Of a stretch of 64,000 nt of DNA, positions 26,416 through 38,333 are shown one piece after another; position 1 is the first letter of the stretch, and each line of letters opens with the position of its first letter. The notes beneath the pieces are model-generated. The model saw only the letters and a list, made by a program, of their open reading frames with translations, was not told the origin of the DNA and did not search any database. Origin of the DNA: Selaginella moellendorffii (lineage: Eukaryota; Plantae; Lycopodiophyta); NCBI RefSeq assembly GCF_000143415.4, contig NW_003314318.1, positions 682,001 through 746,000 of the forward strand, read 5' to 3'. A program made the position numbers and the translations under genes.

Positions 26416-29400
26416 GCTATGGGGTGAATATCTTGCTTCAAAACTGCGCCCAACGCAAAGTCTGAAGCATTCGTTTCTACGTCAAAGTCCTTACCAAAGT
26501 CTGGTAATGCCAACACCGGAGTTTTCCTCAATTTCCCTTTGAGGTGGACAAATGCCGCCTCGCATTCCGCTGTCCATACCATTTTCCCTTTTCCCATTTG
26601 GTCTATTAAGGGCAAGGTTACTCTCGAATAGTGTCTGATAAACTTTCGATAGTAGTTGCATAGCCCCAAGAATGCCCTTAACTCGTGTACATTCGATGGT
26701 CGCTCCCAATCCTGGATCGCTTGGACCTTCTCAGGGTCCACTTTGAGCCCATCCTTGCCCACCATATGCTTGAGAAACTTTACCTTTTGTTGAGCAAAGT
26801 CACATTTGCTCTCTTTAGCATACAACTTGTGTTCCCTTAGTTTCTCAAACACATTCGTCAAGTGTTTGGTATGCTCCTCTAGCGTTTTGCTATAGATCAG
26901 GATGTTGTCAATATAGACAACCACAAAGTGATCCAAATAGGGTACAAAGATATGGTTCATCAACGCCAAAAACGTTGCCGACGCATTGCATAGCCTGAAG
27001 GGCATCACCAGAAACTTGAAGCTCCCATACCTCGTTCGACAGGTTGTCTTATCGACATCTTCCTCTGCTACCCTGATTTGGTAGTATCCTGACCTTAGGT
27101 CAATCCTCGAGAAGTATTTTGCCTTTCCCAACCTATCGAACAGGTCCTCAATGCTTGGCAAAGGGTACTTGTTCTTCTTTGTATACTTATTGAGCAACTA
27201 GTAGTCTATGCACATGCTCATAGCTCCATCTTTCTTTTTCACAAATAACACCGGTGCCCCATACGGTGACTTGCTCAACCTAACATACCCTTTGTCCACC
27301 AACTCCTCTAGTTGGCGTTTGAGCTCCGCAAGTTCTTTTTCGTTCAAACGATAGGGGGGACGAACCACCACCTCAGCACCCTCAGCCAGCTCAATCTTAT
27401 GTTCTATCGGTCGTGCGGGGGGCAACCCCACCGGTAGCTCTTCTAGCATGGTATCCCGGAATTGGTCCAACACCTGCTAGATCACTAAAGGTACTTCTTC
27501 CGTTCCTGTCTTTTTGTCACTCCCCACCGAGAGTAAGCACAAAAATGCAGCCTTAGTCCCTTTAGTGAGTTGTCCTCTCGTGGACACCAGGTTTAAGCAC
27601 AAATCTTTGGCCTTGCATTGCCCTACCTTTAGATCCTGGGCCTCTACCCTAGATCTTCTTCCTTGGGCATTCGCTAGTACCACAAGGTTCCTACCTTGTC
27701 CATGCAGGGCTACCACGAGCCAATTGAACTAATCCATCCCGAAGATCACGTTAAATCCTGCCATGTCCAACACGGTGAAATCCATGTCTACTTTCCAAGT
27801 CCGTACTTCGACTCTCGCTTGTCGAAATACCTCATTGGTGCTTTGGCTACCTTGAACAAACTCTATAGTCCTTGGGTCGCCCAGCCGCTGCACCATTAGT
27901 CTGGCTTGCTGGGCTATGTCTGTAGCCACAAAATTATCCGAAGCACCCATGTCAATAAGGATCTTAACAAAGCTACCTCCAAGCTTCCCTCGGAGGTCTA
28001 GTAGATGTCACAAACGACTCTCTACCAAAATTGCTCGTGTAATGAGTAATTTTGAGCTAGGGACTGGATCACATACCTCAGTTTAGACTTCACCTGATTT
28101 AATGGCCATATTGGCTCTGGCCTTCTTCGGGTAGGGACATTCCCTCGAAAAGTGTCCCGCTTCACCATAGTTGTAGCATACGTTTTTTCCCACACTGCTA
28201 AATTACTTGACCTTCTTATCCGTGGGTTTGTCTCTTTTTGCTTGACTCCCTCACGTACTTGCTCACTGGCCACTGGATTTGCCTTTTCGGAACCCCAAGG
28301 ACTCATTCTTAGAGAAACTCTTCTTGAATTTCCCTTTGCTATATGTTCCCCTTGGTTTGGCCCTTTTGCTAAACGTGGACCCCGATCCCGTCGTGTTCCC
28401 CTTTCGCAGATTATCGTTGAAATGCACCTTGATAGCCGCATCCAACGCTTCTTTGTAATTTGTTGGGTTCCAACGCATCACCTCACCACGAGCCCAGGTT
28501 TGCAAGCCCGATATGAAGGCATGGAATGCATCCATATCCCCCATGTCTGTGACAAGTATCCTTTTTGCCATGAACCCATTCACATACTCCTGAATGGTTC
28601 CGGTCTGCTTCAGCCTACTTAGCTCGTCTCTTAGATGCAGAGTAGCATTTGGAGGAACGTAAGTCGCGCGGATCCTCGCCTTATGTCCCAAGTGGCCACT
28701 GGTCCTTTGTTGGCCTCCATTGTTCTCCACCAAGACTTGGCATTATCTACCAAGTATGGTTTTGCACATGGGACCTTCTCCGAGCTCGGTAACTGCAACG
28801 CTCGGAAGTAGTCCTCCATATCGTAAAACCAATCCTCCACCACCTTATAGTCGTTCACTCCCTTGAAGACTGGTAGGGGCTTTAGTTTGTACTTGGGAAC
28901 AGCTTGAGGGACTGATTCCACTTTGGTCTGTTCGACCTTGTTTGGTTCTGCCTCAGTCCCTATCGAAGGGTCCGTACCTTCTGCGCTGCCAGCATCCGCA
29001 GTCTTTCGCTTTTTCTTCCGCTTCTCGTCACGCTTTAGTTTGCGTACGAGAGTCTCCAGCAGGGCATTGGTCTTCGGCACCAACCAAGTCGATGCTCACT
29101 CCCACCCAAGGCCCCTCGGTCCCAGTCTCAACCTCAAGTCAGTTTGGAAGCCCCACTGAAGAGTTCTTTCAAAATTGGTTCCTAGACCTCACTATCCCTA
29201 CTATACTTTTGGAACCCCCTACAGCCCCCCCCCTGGGAGACGCACGCTTTGGGCTTTCACCCCTTGACCTGTATTAGTACTCGGACTCGGTCTCGGGCTC
29301 GATCTCGAACTCGATCTCGGACCCGACTTCGGATTCAGTCTCGAACTCGATCTCGGACTCGATCTCGGACTTGATCTCGGACCCAATCTCGGACTTGACC

Positions 29401-32400
29401 TCGGGCCCGATTCTTGGATCTCGGACTCCGTCTTGAACTTGGTCTCGAACTCGGTCTCGAACTCGGTCTCCAAGTCGGCCTCGGACTCAATTCCGGACTC
29501 TATCTCGAACTCGGTCTCAGAGTCGGTCTTGGACTCGATCTTAGACTCGGTCCCATCTGATGAACTCTTTGTCATTTTGGTCATGCTTTTGGGGGTCCTT
29601 TAGCCTACGACACCTCGGCGAGCTGGTTCCTTACACTCATTACTCACTCTCGAGTAGTTTCAATTTCCATTTATGTAACCCTTGCACTTTGGAACTTTTA
29701 ATTTTGACTTCTCGAAGTCAATTTCCTGGGTGTCTCTGACACCTTGCATTGCAAATATGGTGCAACTCCACTTCCCCATCATAAAAAGTTCTCTACTTGA
29801 GCGCACCATCATCCTCTCTTCAATTTCGTGCCACATTTGGCACTAAGTTCCAGTTACCATAATTTGTGCTAAGGCTGTCCACAACCCTATCATTTGGCTA
29901 CCTTACCGCTTCCACAATTGGAGTTTCCACTTTCACCAAATCAGAGCAATTAGGAATCCATCTTTGGGAACACATTGCCTTTCTCACAATCCGTTAGCAC
30001 CCAACACATTAGTGTTTTTGGCCTAACTTTGCCATTTGGATTCTTTCCCATGATTCCCATGGCTCTTTACTTAGCCACTAGTCTTTTGCTCCTATCCGTG
30101 ATTGTTGCATTTAGCAACATAGGATCGTTACTTTCATTCTCGAGGTATCCTTTCAGTTCCATAGCCAAGACTTTGCTTTGCCAAGTCCGGAGGGTGTTCA
30201 CCCTTAATACGTCTCTTTAGCATCTTCTGCTATAGGCTTTATCCATGATCCAACTTTGTAACCCTCTTATGGGTATCTTATACAGACTACTTTCCTCGGA
30301 CTCTCTATGCCATCACATTGACATAGCTCATTTCCCTTAGGTGTCCTTCTCACTTGGTCACCTTGACCAAGCCTTACTATCATCAATAGTTCAAACCAAC
30401 ACTTTGAACTAGGAACTTTATCCCTTAACCTCACAAGGACATTATCCTTGTTTTAATCATAAGATCACCTCGTGATCTAACCTTGGCACCTTAATAGACT
30501 TGCCAATAGGTATTAAGTCTTCCGGACCTTTAAGTTGTTGACCATGACCCTGGGGGCATCCCCCACACTTGGTGGTGCACCCAAGCTAGCCCATCCGGCC
30601 AAGGGTCCATAGCAACTGAGACTGAGTGTCCCCATCTCATTCACCACGTCCTTGGTGCCACTTGCATCAAAGTGTTCAAGTTAGATATGCCGAGCTTTCA
30701 CACTAAGCAATCTAACTATGCATCACGACTCCGGGGCATCCCCCACTTGGTGATGTGCCCAAGTTAGTCTCCTTACTAAGAGTCCATGACCACCAAAAAA
30801 TGAGTGTCCTCATATTAAAAACCATCACCGCGCCCTAGTGAGTTGGGACTTGAACCCAACCTCCGTATATGCATCTACGGACGGCATCGCAGAGGATGCC
30901 TGGCATGACTCCCCACGCCGGTGCACCAATTTATACTTAAAGCGTGCTACAGATCACAGCTTAGGAACCTAGTTCCTCCACACAACCAAGTCCTCCCACT
31001 TGACATGTTTGTGATCATGCATGGACTCCTCCATGCTCGGCCCCATGGGCCACCCCTTTGAAGTTGGCTCCTTCAACTAAGGTATTCGTTCCCCCGACTT
31101 GCCAATCTCACTTAGCAAGTCATCCGACCTCACTTAGTAACATAGTTTATGCATAAGCGTGAAAATCCCTAACCATTGACTTTCGTTCAAAGCCCTCTCT
31201 TTGAACTTCCCCAACCTCGATAGCTTCGCCTCATGGCAAGTTTCAAGACCACGCTTCTGCTGCGCCACTCAGATTTTGTGCGTTCTATGAACCATTTACC
31301 CTTGGCTGACTAAGTACTTATCTACCTAGGAGAACGTTCAAGGAACTCTGTTCCTTAGCTTGCTAAGGTTTCTCCTTTCGCAACCTTTCCAATTACTATA
31401 TAGTCCTACATGGACAATCTTATGCTTTAGACTTTCCATGGCATCCCGATCGCTAGTAACAATATGCTTGAGCACCCACTTGATTCTCCACTCCCAACTT
31501 GTATAACTACCTTTGGTCATGCCTACTAATTCCTATGGTTTGGTTCTATTCCTTTACTACTTGCCTTTTGGGCTCATATATTCCCTTTGGTCATTCTCCT
31601 CCATACTAGGAAAATAGCTTTGCACTTTCTACCATAACTTAGCAAGTATTCATAGAGAACCTACCTGACAGCCTAGGGAGTGGTTCCTCAATCCGGGTTT
31701 GCTCACCTTGTAATCCCATACATTGGGGTTACTGTTGCTACTTATGGGCCTTTATATGCCCATCACTAGCTTTGCCAAATTCCCTTTTTGGCTTTGTCCA
31801 ATTTGGGTAGACAGACTTCTCCCGTCTCTGCAACCTTGAACATTTGGATAACACTTCCTATCCATCATTCACTAGGGACTTTGTCCCTTGGGTTTTATTC
31901 GTGCCCTCAAGACCCCAAACACCACCTCTTGGTGTTCTAGAGTGCTTGGGTGTCCCAATGATGGCCTCTTTGGCAATGAGCATTCCCTTTACGATATTAA
32001 CTTACTATCTCGCAACATAAGTAATTTCTCCCCCATAAGGGTATATCTAACTTCTTTATCCCAATAAAAAGTCTTAGGTAGTTGCCTTCTACCAGTTTAA
32101 CAAATTATTTTGCACCTTTTGTTTAGTTGTCTCATAGTTGTCAAGTTCTACAACTCATTGCTGGTGTTTCCGCACCTCCATCATTATTTGGGTCACCACA
32201 CTCTAACCGCATGCCTTCCAGCTTAAACTATGCCATTCCAATTTCCATTGGGATTCCTTTGGAAGGGGTTCTCATAAACCTGCCAATTTGACGTTAAGGT
32301 AGCACGCCTTGGCATATTCGTTGTCTCCACACCATCGGCTCCACGAGTCTATCTTTTTGACACTTTTTACTTGTGTCTAGGTCTTTTTGCCAAGACCAAT

Positions 32401-35099
32401 ATGGCTGTCTTTTATGCCAATTATCCATTAGCACTACACCATAGAGTTCACGCACAACTTTGTGTTAAAGTTGTTTTCTTCCAGAAAACTCTTTCCCACG
32501 ACTTTAGCATAGCACCTTCTGCCATCAATGAGATACACACTATTCTCATGCTTGGATCTCAAGATCCTCCCCATCCTTCATGGGGCACTACACACCTCAG
32601 TCCAAATGCTTCCATCAATCCCTTAGGATTATTCCTTGACTCTATTTGAGTCATTAAACTTTTTGGACTTTGCCAATCCAACAACCCATGAGGTCCTACT
32701 TTTGAGTTGCCAACTCACTGGAATACAACTTCTTGTATTCATGTCCTACTCACAAGGACCATCTTTGCAAGTGTTACTCTGACACTTGATTATGTTCTCT
32801 AGGGCCAACCTTTGCCCCTCAGGACTACTTGTCCATGCGATGAGAATACCAACTTATTCTCTAAGTACACCCCCAACTCCTTGGGTTGTTCCAGCATTTA
32901 TTAAAGGTAGCCCCGGTTACCATTTCAAGGACTTGTGTCCTCTTCTGTATTTGACCTCCCACGGTCATTAATTCTGGTCTCAAATTCATGAGCACTAACC
33001 TCAATTATATGAGGATAATTTTGTGACTCCTTTATTGTTTTGGAGTCTGCATCTTTCCCGTGATCCCAACTATAGTTGTTTACCACAACTACATTAGCCA
33101 GTTTGCTAAGTCAAACGCTCATTTGGATCACATCCTCAACTCTTTAAGGAAACCCTTATACTATTCCCAAGATCCCAAAGTCGTTCCCTTACTAGCCCTT
33201 TTCTATCCACCATATTGCGCACAAGTTCACGTATGAACTTGAGTGGAGAGCCATGTCCTCTCGACATGCTCTTCCTCAAGGATAGGTCCATACCTAGGAC
33301 CTTCCAATTCTAATACAAGTGGTGATATACTTAGCCACCAATAAGAGTCGGACTAAGGAACAGCTTCAATACCAAATTGTCAGCGACTAATTTTTCCATT
33401 TTACTTTAGTCATTTAACCACACCTCTGACCACTTGGAGGAGTCTCATTCACAACCTCCATAAGTCCCATTCAGGACTTGGGGCTTGCTGTTGGGGGAAG
33501 GAGGGGCACCTCCCCCAACGCTCTCTCAAACATGAGAAATGCTTCACTGCTCTTTGCAAAAATGCCCCCCCCCCCCCCCCCCCCCTTGCCCTTGTGAGGC
33601 AAGGGTTTTATACAAGGAAGATGGGGAATATTCAGAGGACTAGAATATTCCCTCTCTCTCTCTCTCACTCTCTCGGTGGCCACACCCTAACATGCGACCA
33701 CAGTGGATCGCGCTGGCTCTAGACGCGTGAGAACCCTCCGAAGAGTGTAGAGTGTACCTCTACTACTGATGCCAAGTGCTGGTAGCTGTGTGAAATAGTA
33801 GAAACTCTAGAAAGCAAAGTGGAAAAGAAAGAAAAGAGGTAGGTGTGAAGTTTGGAGACAGGGAGGAAAACCTGATGGGAAACCCTGTAGTCAAGCTGGA
33901 CCCTGAAGGTGAAGAAAAGTGTAGAAAAAGTGTGAAAAGTGGAGGAAAATAGAGGAAAAAAAAGTGTAAGTACCCAAAGAACTTAACCCGTACCTGGATT
34001 TCAGCTCAAGAAAGTGTAATATGCAAATGCAGCCTCTTGATGACTTTTGGTATGCTCCAAGGATTGGCCGACTTTGAGAAAGAAAGAGAGGTAGAAGAGG
34101 GGATGCGTTGCCCAAGGGTGGTAAGTGTGGAAATGATGAAAGATGGAGTAATATGGTGGAGTGCCGAGATGGTGGTGGCACTCTGAAGTGGTAGCCATTG
34201 ATAACCGTTGGCCCGTAGAGTAAGTGCTGACCACTCGGAGTAGTCGGTAACCGGTAACCAGTAACTAGTAACCAGTAACTGGGGACTTGTAACCTGTAAT
34301 CGGTGACCCCTACTCTCGCTCCTACCTGGGCGCCAGCTCTAGCACCAATATGGTGGAGTGATATGGTGGAGCGCCGAGATGGTGGTCAGTCTAATGTGTC
34401 GGACTAAAGAAGACAGTAGCTGAAAAGGACGGCGTAGTCGCTGAGTTGCCGGTAAAGGGAGGTGGCACGTGTCCACTAAGTGCTGGAGCAGAAGAAAGTG
34501 GCTTCGGCCTCTGTGGCCTCGCCTAAAGATCCACCTAGGTGCCTTGAGTGAACAGGTTCACCTGGTTGGAAGAAAGTCGCTCCAAAAAAGCTAGTGCATT
34601 GTTGGCAAATGGTTGTACGAATATCTCAGAAATGGCACGTCCAAATGAGGTGGTGTCATTTGCTGCTGGTGCACGTATGTGTGTCCGCGGTATGATGTAA
34701 ATGTGACCTCAAACGGAGATGTGAATGATGGTGAAAGAATGAAAGATGCAAGACGAGCATCTAGAGATAAGTGCGAGCAACGCTGCTGGAAGTGATTGGT
34801 GATGGAACTGTGAATGTAGATGATATGGAATGAGTGTGGGAAATGTGCGGGGTATAGTAATGATAAAGGAAGGGCCAAAGAACCTGGAACATAGACCGAG
34901 CCAAGCGAGGAACCTCCATACAAACAACAATGCAGCCTGAGCATGAAATCCAAGGCATGGGCCATAGTCCAATGGAGAAACACCCGCTAAAAGTAAGAAA
35001 AGTAGCCATGAAAGTAAAGTGAAAGAAAGGAAGAAAAAGAAAAAGAAAAAGAAAAGAAAAGGAATGCCTCACTAGATGAAGCGTTTGAGATAAGAGTGG

Positions 35100-35665
35100 T
35101 TGTGAGCATGTGGGAGCTCACGTCCATCAGTATCGACTAGCACATATGCTCCACCTCCAATGTGTCGCTGGACAAAGTAGGGGCCAGTCCAGCAAGGGGA
35201 GAACTTCGAAAGTGGCGTAAACTCTTTGAGTAGAACGAGATCACCATCCTCGAATGGTTCGGCAAACTGCTAGTGATCGATGACTGACTTGATCTTCTAC
35301 TTGCCTCGAAAGAGATGTTCAGTCGTGAATCGTCGCTGTTCCTCCAAGGCAAGAACCTCCAAGTCGCATGAAGCTTGTCCTCATTGCTAAGCTGCATCAC
35401 TACTGCGTATCAAAGTGAAAGTGAGAGTGATGGCACTTGGATCTCCACTGGAAGCATGGCCTCTGTCCCATAGACAAGGGAGAATGGGGTTGCAGAGATG
35501 GATGTTTTGAAGGACGTCCGAAAGGCCCACAACGTTGTAACCAAGTGCTCGTGCCAACGCCTTGGGTGATCCTCCACAAGCTTTGAGATGACTGTCTTCA
35601 ATATCTTGTTACTGGACTCTGCCTGACCATTGCACTCAGGATAATAGCTGCTACTCTTCACGTGC
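35100..35665 (-). pseudogene. C-terminal integrase remnant of family C
   Basis: SSSYYPECNGQAESSNKIL, LWAFRTS, TPFSLVYGTEAMLPVE. Confidence 0.75.
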
Positions 35666-36278
35666 TTGATCTGCAGCTACTGGAGAAGATGCATCACACA
35701 CTTCCGCGGCATATGAAAAGTTGGCTGGAACTCTTGGATGGTCACAATCCAAGATAAAGTATGAGGACTGTGAACCAATCGCTGTAAAAGAAAGGTTAGC
35801 ACAGTAAAACAGACAAGGGAATGGATACGGGCTCCAGCAAGAAAGTGACGAAATCGTTCTGGTGGTTGGAATATCGGGTGCTCTATGGTAGGAAGTTCTG
35901 AACTCCAAGAGCTATAACTCGTATGCAGCACGTTCGATTGGCTTGATTCTTTCTGCCAGTTGTGGGTCTGGATGTCATCCTTCGTCTCCAAAAAACAGCA
36001 TGACAAAATACGCTTGGAGTCGTCAGCTACCGCAATTTCAGTAGGAAGATGCTGGCTGTGCGATACCTTAGATAGTTGTTGAGGAGAATGGAGTTTAGTT
36101 CTGTCCTGTGAAAGATGGGTCTGGTCTGGAGTGATTGTGTCATCTAGCTCCATAAGAGAAAGTCGGTCCCATGCAAGAAACGAGTCGAGAAGCCCTTCCT
36201 CTATCAAGAAACACTCCGGAAAGCTAGATGTAGCAGCCCGTACTCTATAAGCCCCACCATCAAATAAAGAGGGCATGG

Positions 36279-36932
36279 CTAAAGGCTCGGCCTTACTCTC
36301 AAATAAAGAGAGTGAAGCTGAGAGATGTCTCTGGCTACTCCAACCATGTCAATCGCATTGCATGAGAAAACATCCGTCATATAGATGGTCGACTCCACCG
36401 CCAACTCAGGAAAAACCTTTGTGAGTTCAAGAGGAAAGTGTGGTGTGGAGGCCATCTTAGTCTGAGCTTGCTGGGTTTGCTGAGAAAGAGCTCTACCGTG
36501 GTTGTTGAGAAAGGTGGCACTGTGGGTTCCATTGCTAATTTCCATCTTGCCTTTTGCACTGTCAATGGTGCAATGGGTTGTGACTTGCCATGAGCAGCCG
36601 AGGATGATAGACTCCTTCAAAGAGGACGTTTCAAGACGTTGGTAGTCAACCACGAGGAAATCCACCTCAGAAATAACACCCTGCACAGAGACCTTGACAC
36701 CACAGCAAATTCCCACTAGAGGAACAGTATGGTTGGCGAAGGTTTTGAGCACGATGGAGGAGCTCTCAGTGATCTGTAGCTGTGCTGAAAGGGCAGCTTC
36801 GAGAGAGATAATGTTGCTTCCAGAATCGGAGTCAACCAAAGCATCCATCCTACAAGAGGAAGTACCAATCTGCACTGGGACGAAGAACGAACTAGGATCT
36901 CCTCCATATCTTGTCATATCGACAATGTGCAC
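36279..36932 (-). pseudogene. Aspartic protease of family C
   Basis: ALVDSDSGSNII (degenerate DSG) and IILGCSW. Confidence 0.7.
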
Positions 36933-36995
36933 CTCTTGAGGAGTCCTCTTGAGAGTGCTCTTTGGTGTTCCTGACTATGCAAACTCCTCCAAACG

Positions 36996-38333
36996 CTAGC
37001 CGAATCCCGGGACAAGACACAACATATCTCGAAGCGAAAAGGTGACAGGAGTGTCAACCAACTGTTGAAGAACCAGCTCCAGAACAAGAGTAGCTGTTGG
37101 TGAGATCTCAGGAGGAGAAGAGAGAAGTGACTTGAAGTGGAGTTTACAAGCCACCCTCTGTGTCATTGGGCCTGATGCCAATGGAGATTCGCTCTCAACT
37201 GGCGCTGGGGGATTTGTGGCAGGCTGAGCGGCTACCTTCTTCTTCACTTGGGCTTGAGTGACTGCGGTTTGCTGTTGTTGCCTATAGAGTTCCTTGGCTA
37301 CCAAAATCGTGTTGACCGATGAGGCTGGTGCCTTGCCTTTGCTTGACGAAGGGGCTGCCTCAATTGCTTGTCGCTCCAACTGCTCCTGATACGTCTCTGG
37401 ACCCCGAGACGATGTGGAATTATCAGCGAAAGGATGTTGTTGGACACGTTGAGAAGATGGAGGCCGAAGCTCTGGGTGAAGCTTGAAGCAGCACTGTGTG
37501 TTGTGCGTGTTCGTCTCGTAGTGAGTGCACCAACGGGACTTAAATCTGTGTTCCCGAGCTGTAGCGGCCTCTTTCCTGGACTCCACCAGCTCTTGGAGCA
37601 ATTTGTCATGGTGTGATTGCTGTTGAAGAATGATCTCCTTCAGGTGCTGCATCTCATTGGCAAAGTTCTCAAGAGCCGGAGGTGTATGTTCAATAGCGAC
37701 AGGCTTTGATGTGGACAGGTGAATAGATGCACAAGGTGACTCTGACGGGATGATGGCTTGGTTGAAATCAACTCTAGCAATCCCCAGGTCGATCAGAAGC
37801 TCTCTTTCCAGCTTTGTGGCAAACGAAAATGCCTCGCGGCAAGAGCTGAATGTCTTCTTAAGAAGTTTTCGCTGCAAGTTTCCACGGAGACCTGCTGTGA
37901 ATGATGTGATCCCATGTTGCTCATCTTGGACCACTCTGCGATCCCAACACTGCTTCCAGTAAGCTCGAAACCGTGTGGTGTAGTCAAGAACAGACTCATG
38001 AGCACCCTGCCGGAATGAAAAGAGGTCGACAAGTAGCCGATTTGTGGGTTTTTCCTCAACGAAGCATTCTCTGAAAGAAACAAGTAGTGTCTGGAAGTCT
38101 GTCCAGTCCTCTGGGAGGAGAGAATCTGCCCAAGTTGCTGCTTTGCCTTCAAGAGACTGCAAGAAGTCGCGGCACATACGATCATCATCGACGATCATAT
38201 TTGTGGTGCAGTAGTAATCAAAGCGACTGATATGCGATGTTGGAGAGACTGTTCCAACACCTGAGAAGGTCGGCAAATCACTTCCCTTCTGAAAAACATG
38301 GAGCTGAGGTCGAGCTAAAGGTGGTTGCGCCAT
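36996..38333 (-). CDS. Gag of family C (retrotransposon gag domain, degenerate zinc knuckle)
   Basis: LPTFSG, FLQSLEGKAATW, FRQGAHESVLDYTTRF, WCTHYETNTHNTQCC. ATG chosen at MAQPPLA within ORF 36996-38540. Confidence 0.7.
   Translation of the reverse strand: MAQPPLARPQLHVFQKGSDLPTFSGVGTVSPTSHISRFDYYCTTNMIVDDDRMCRDFLQSLEGKAATWADSLLPEDWTDFQTLLVSFRECFVEEKPTNRLLVDLFSFRQGAHESVLDYTTRFRAYWKQCWDRRVVQDEQHGITSFTAGLRGNLQRKLLKKTFSSCREAFSFATKLERELLIDLGIARVDFNQAIIPSESPCASIHLSTSKPVAIEHTPPALENFANEMQHLKEIILQQQSHHDKLLQELVESRKEAATAREHRFKSRWCTHYETNTHNTQCCFKLHPELRPPSSQRVQQHPFADNSTSSRGPETYQEQLERQAIEAAPSSSKGKAPASSVNTILVAKELYRQQQQTAVTQAQVKKKVAAQPATNPPAPVESESPLASGPMTQRVACKLHFKSLLSSPPEISPTATLVLELVLQQLVDTPVTFSLRDMLCLVPGFG

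Larger units (their letters stand above)
8347..29635 (-). mobile_element. Older copy of chromovirus family A; 3' LTR 8347-9554, truncated 5' LTR about 29073-29635; TSD ctcac/ctcat
   Basis: Gag, PR, RT, RH, IN and chromodomain fragments closely match 52469-57241. A deletion fuses the 5' LTR to gag. Interrupted by a DNA transposon and a solo LTR. Confidence 0.92.
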
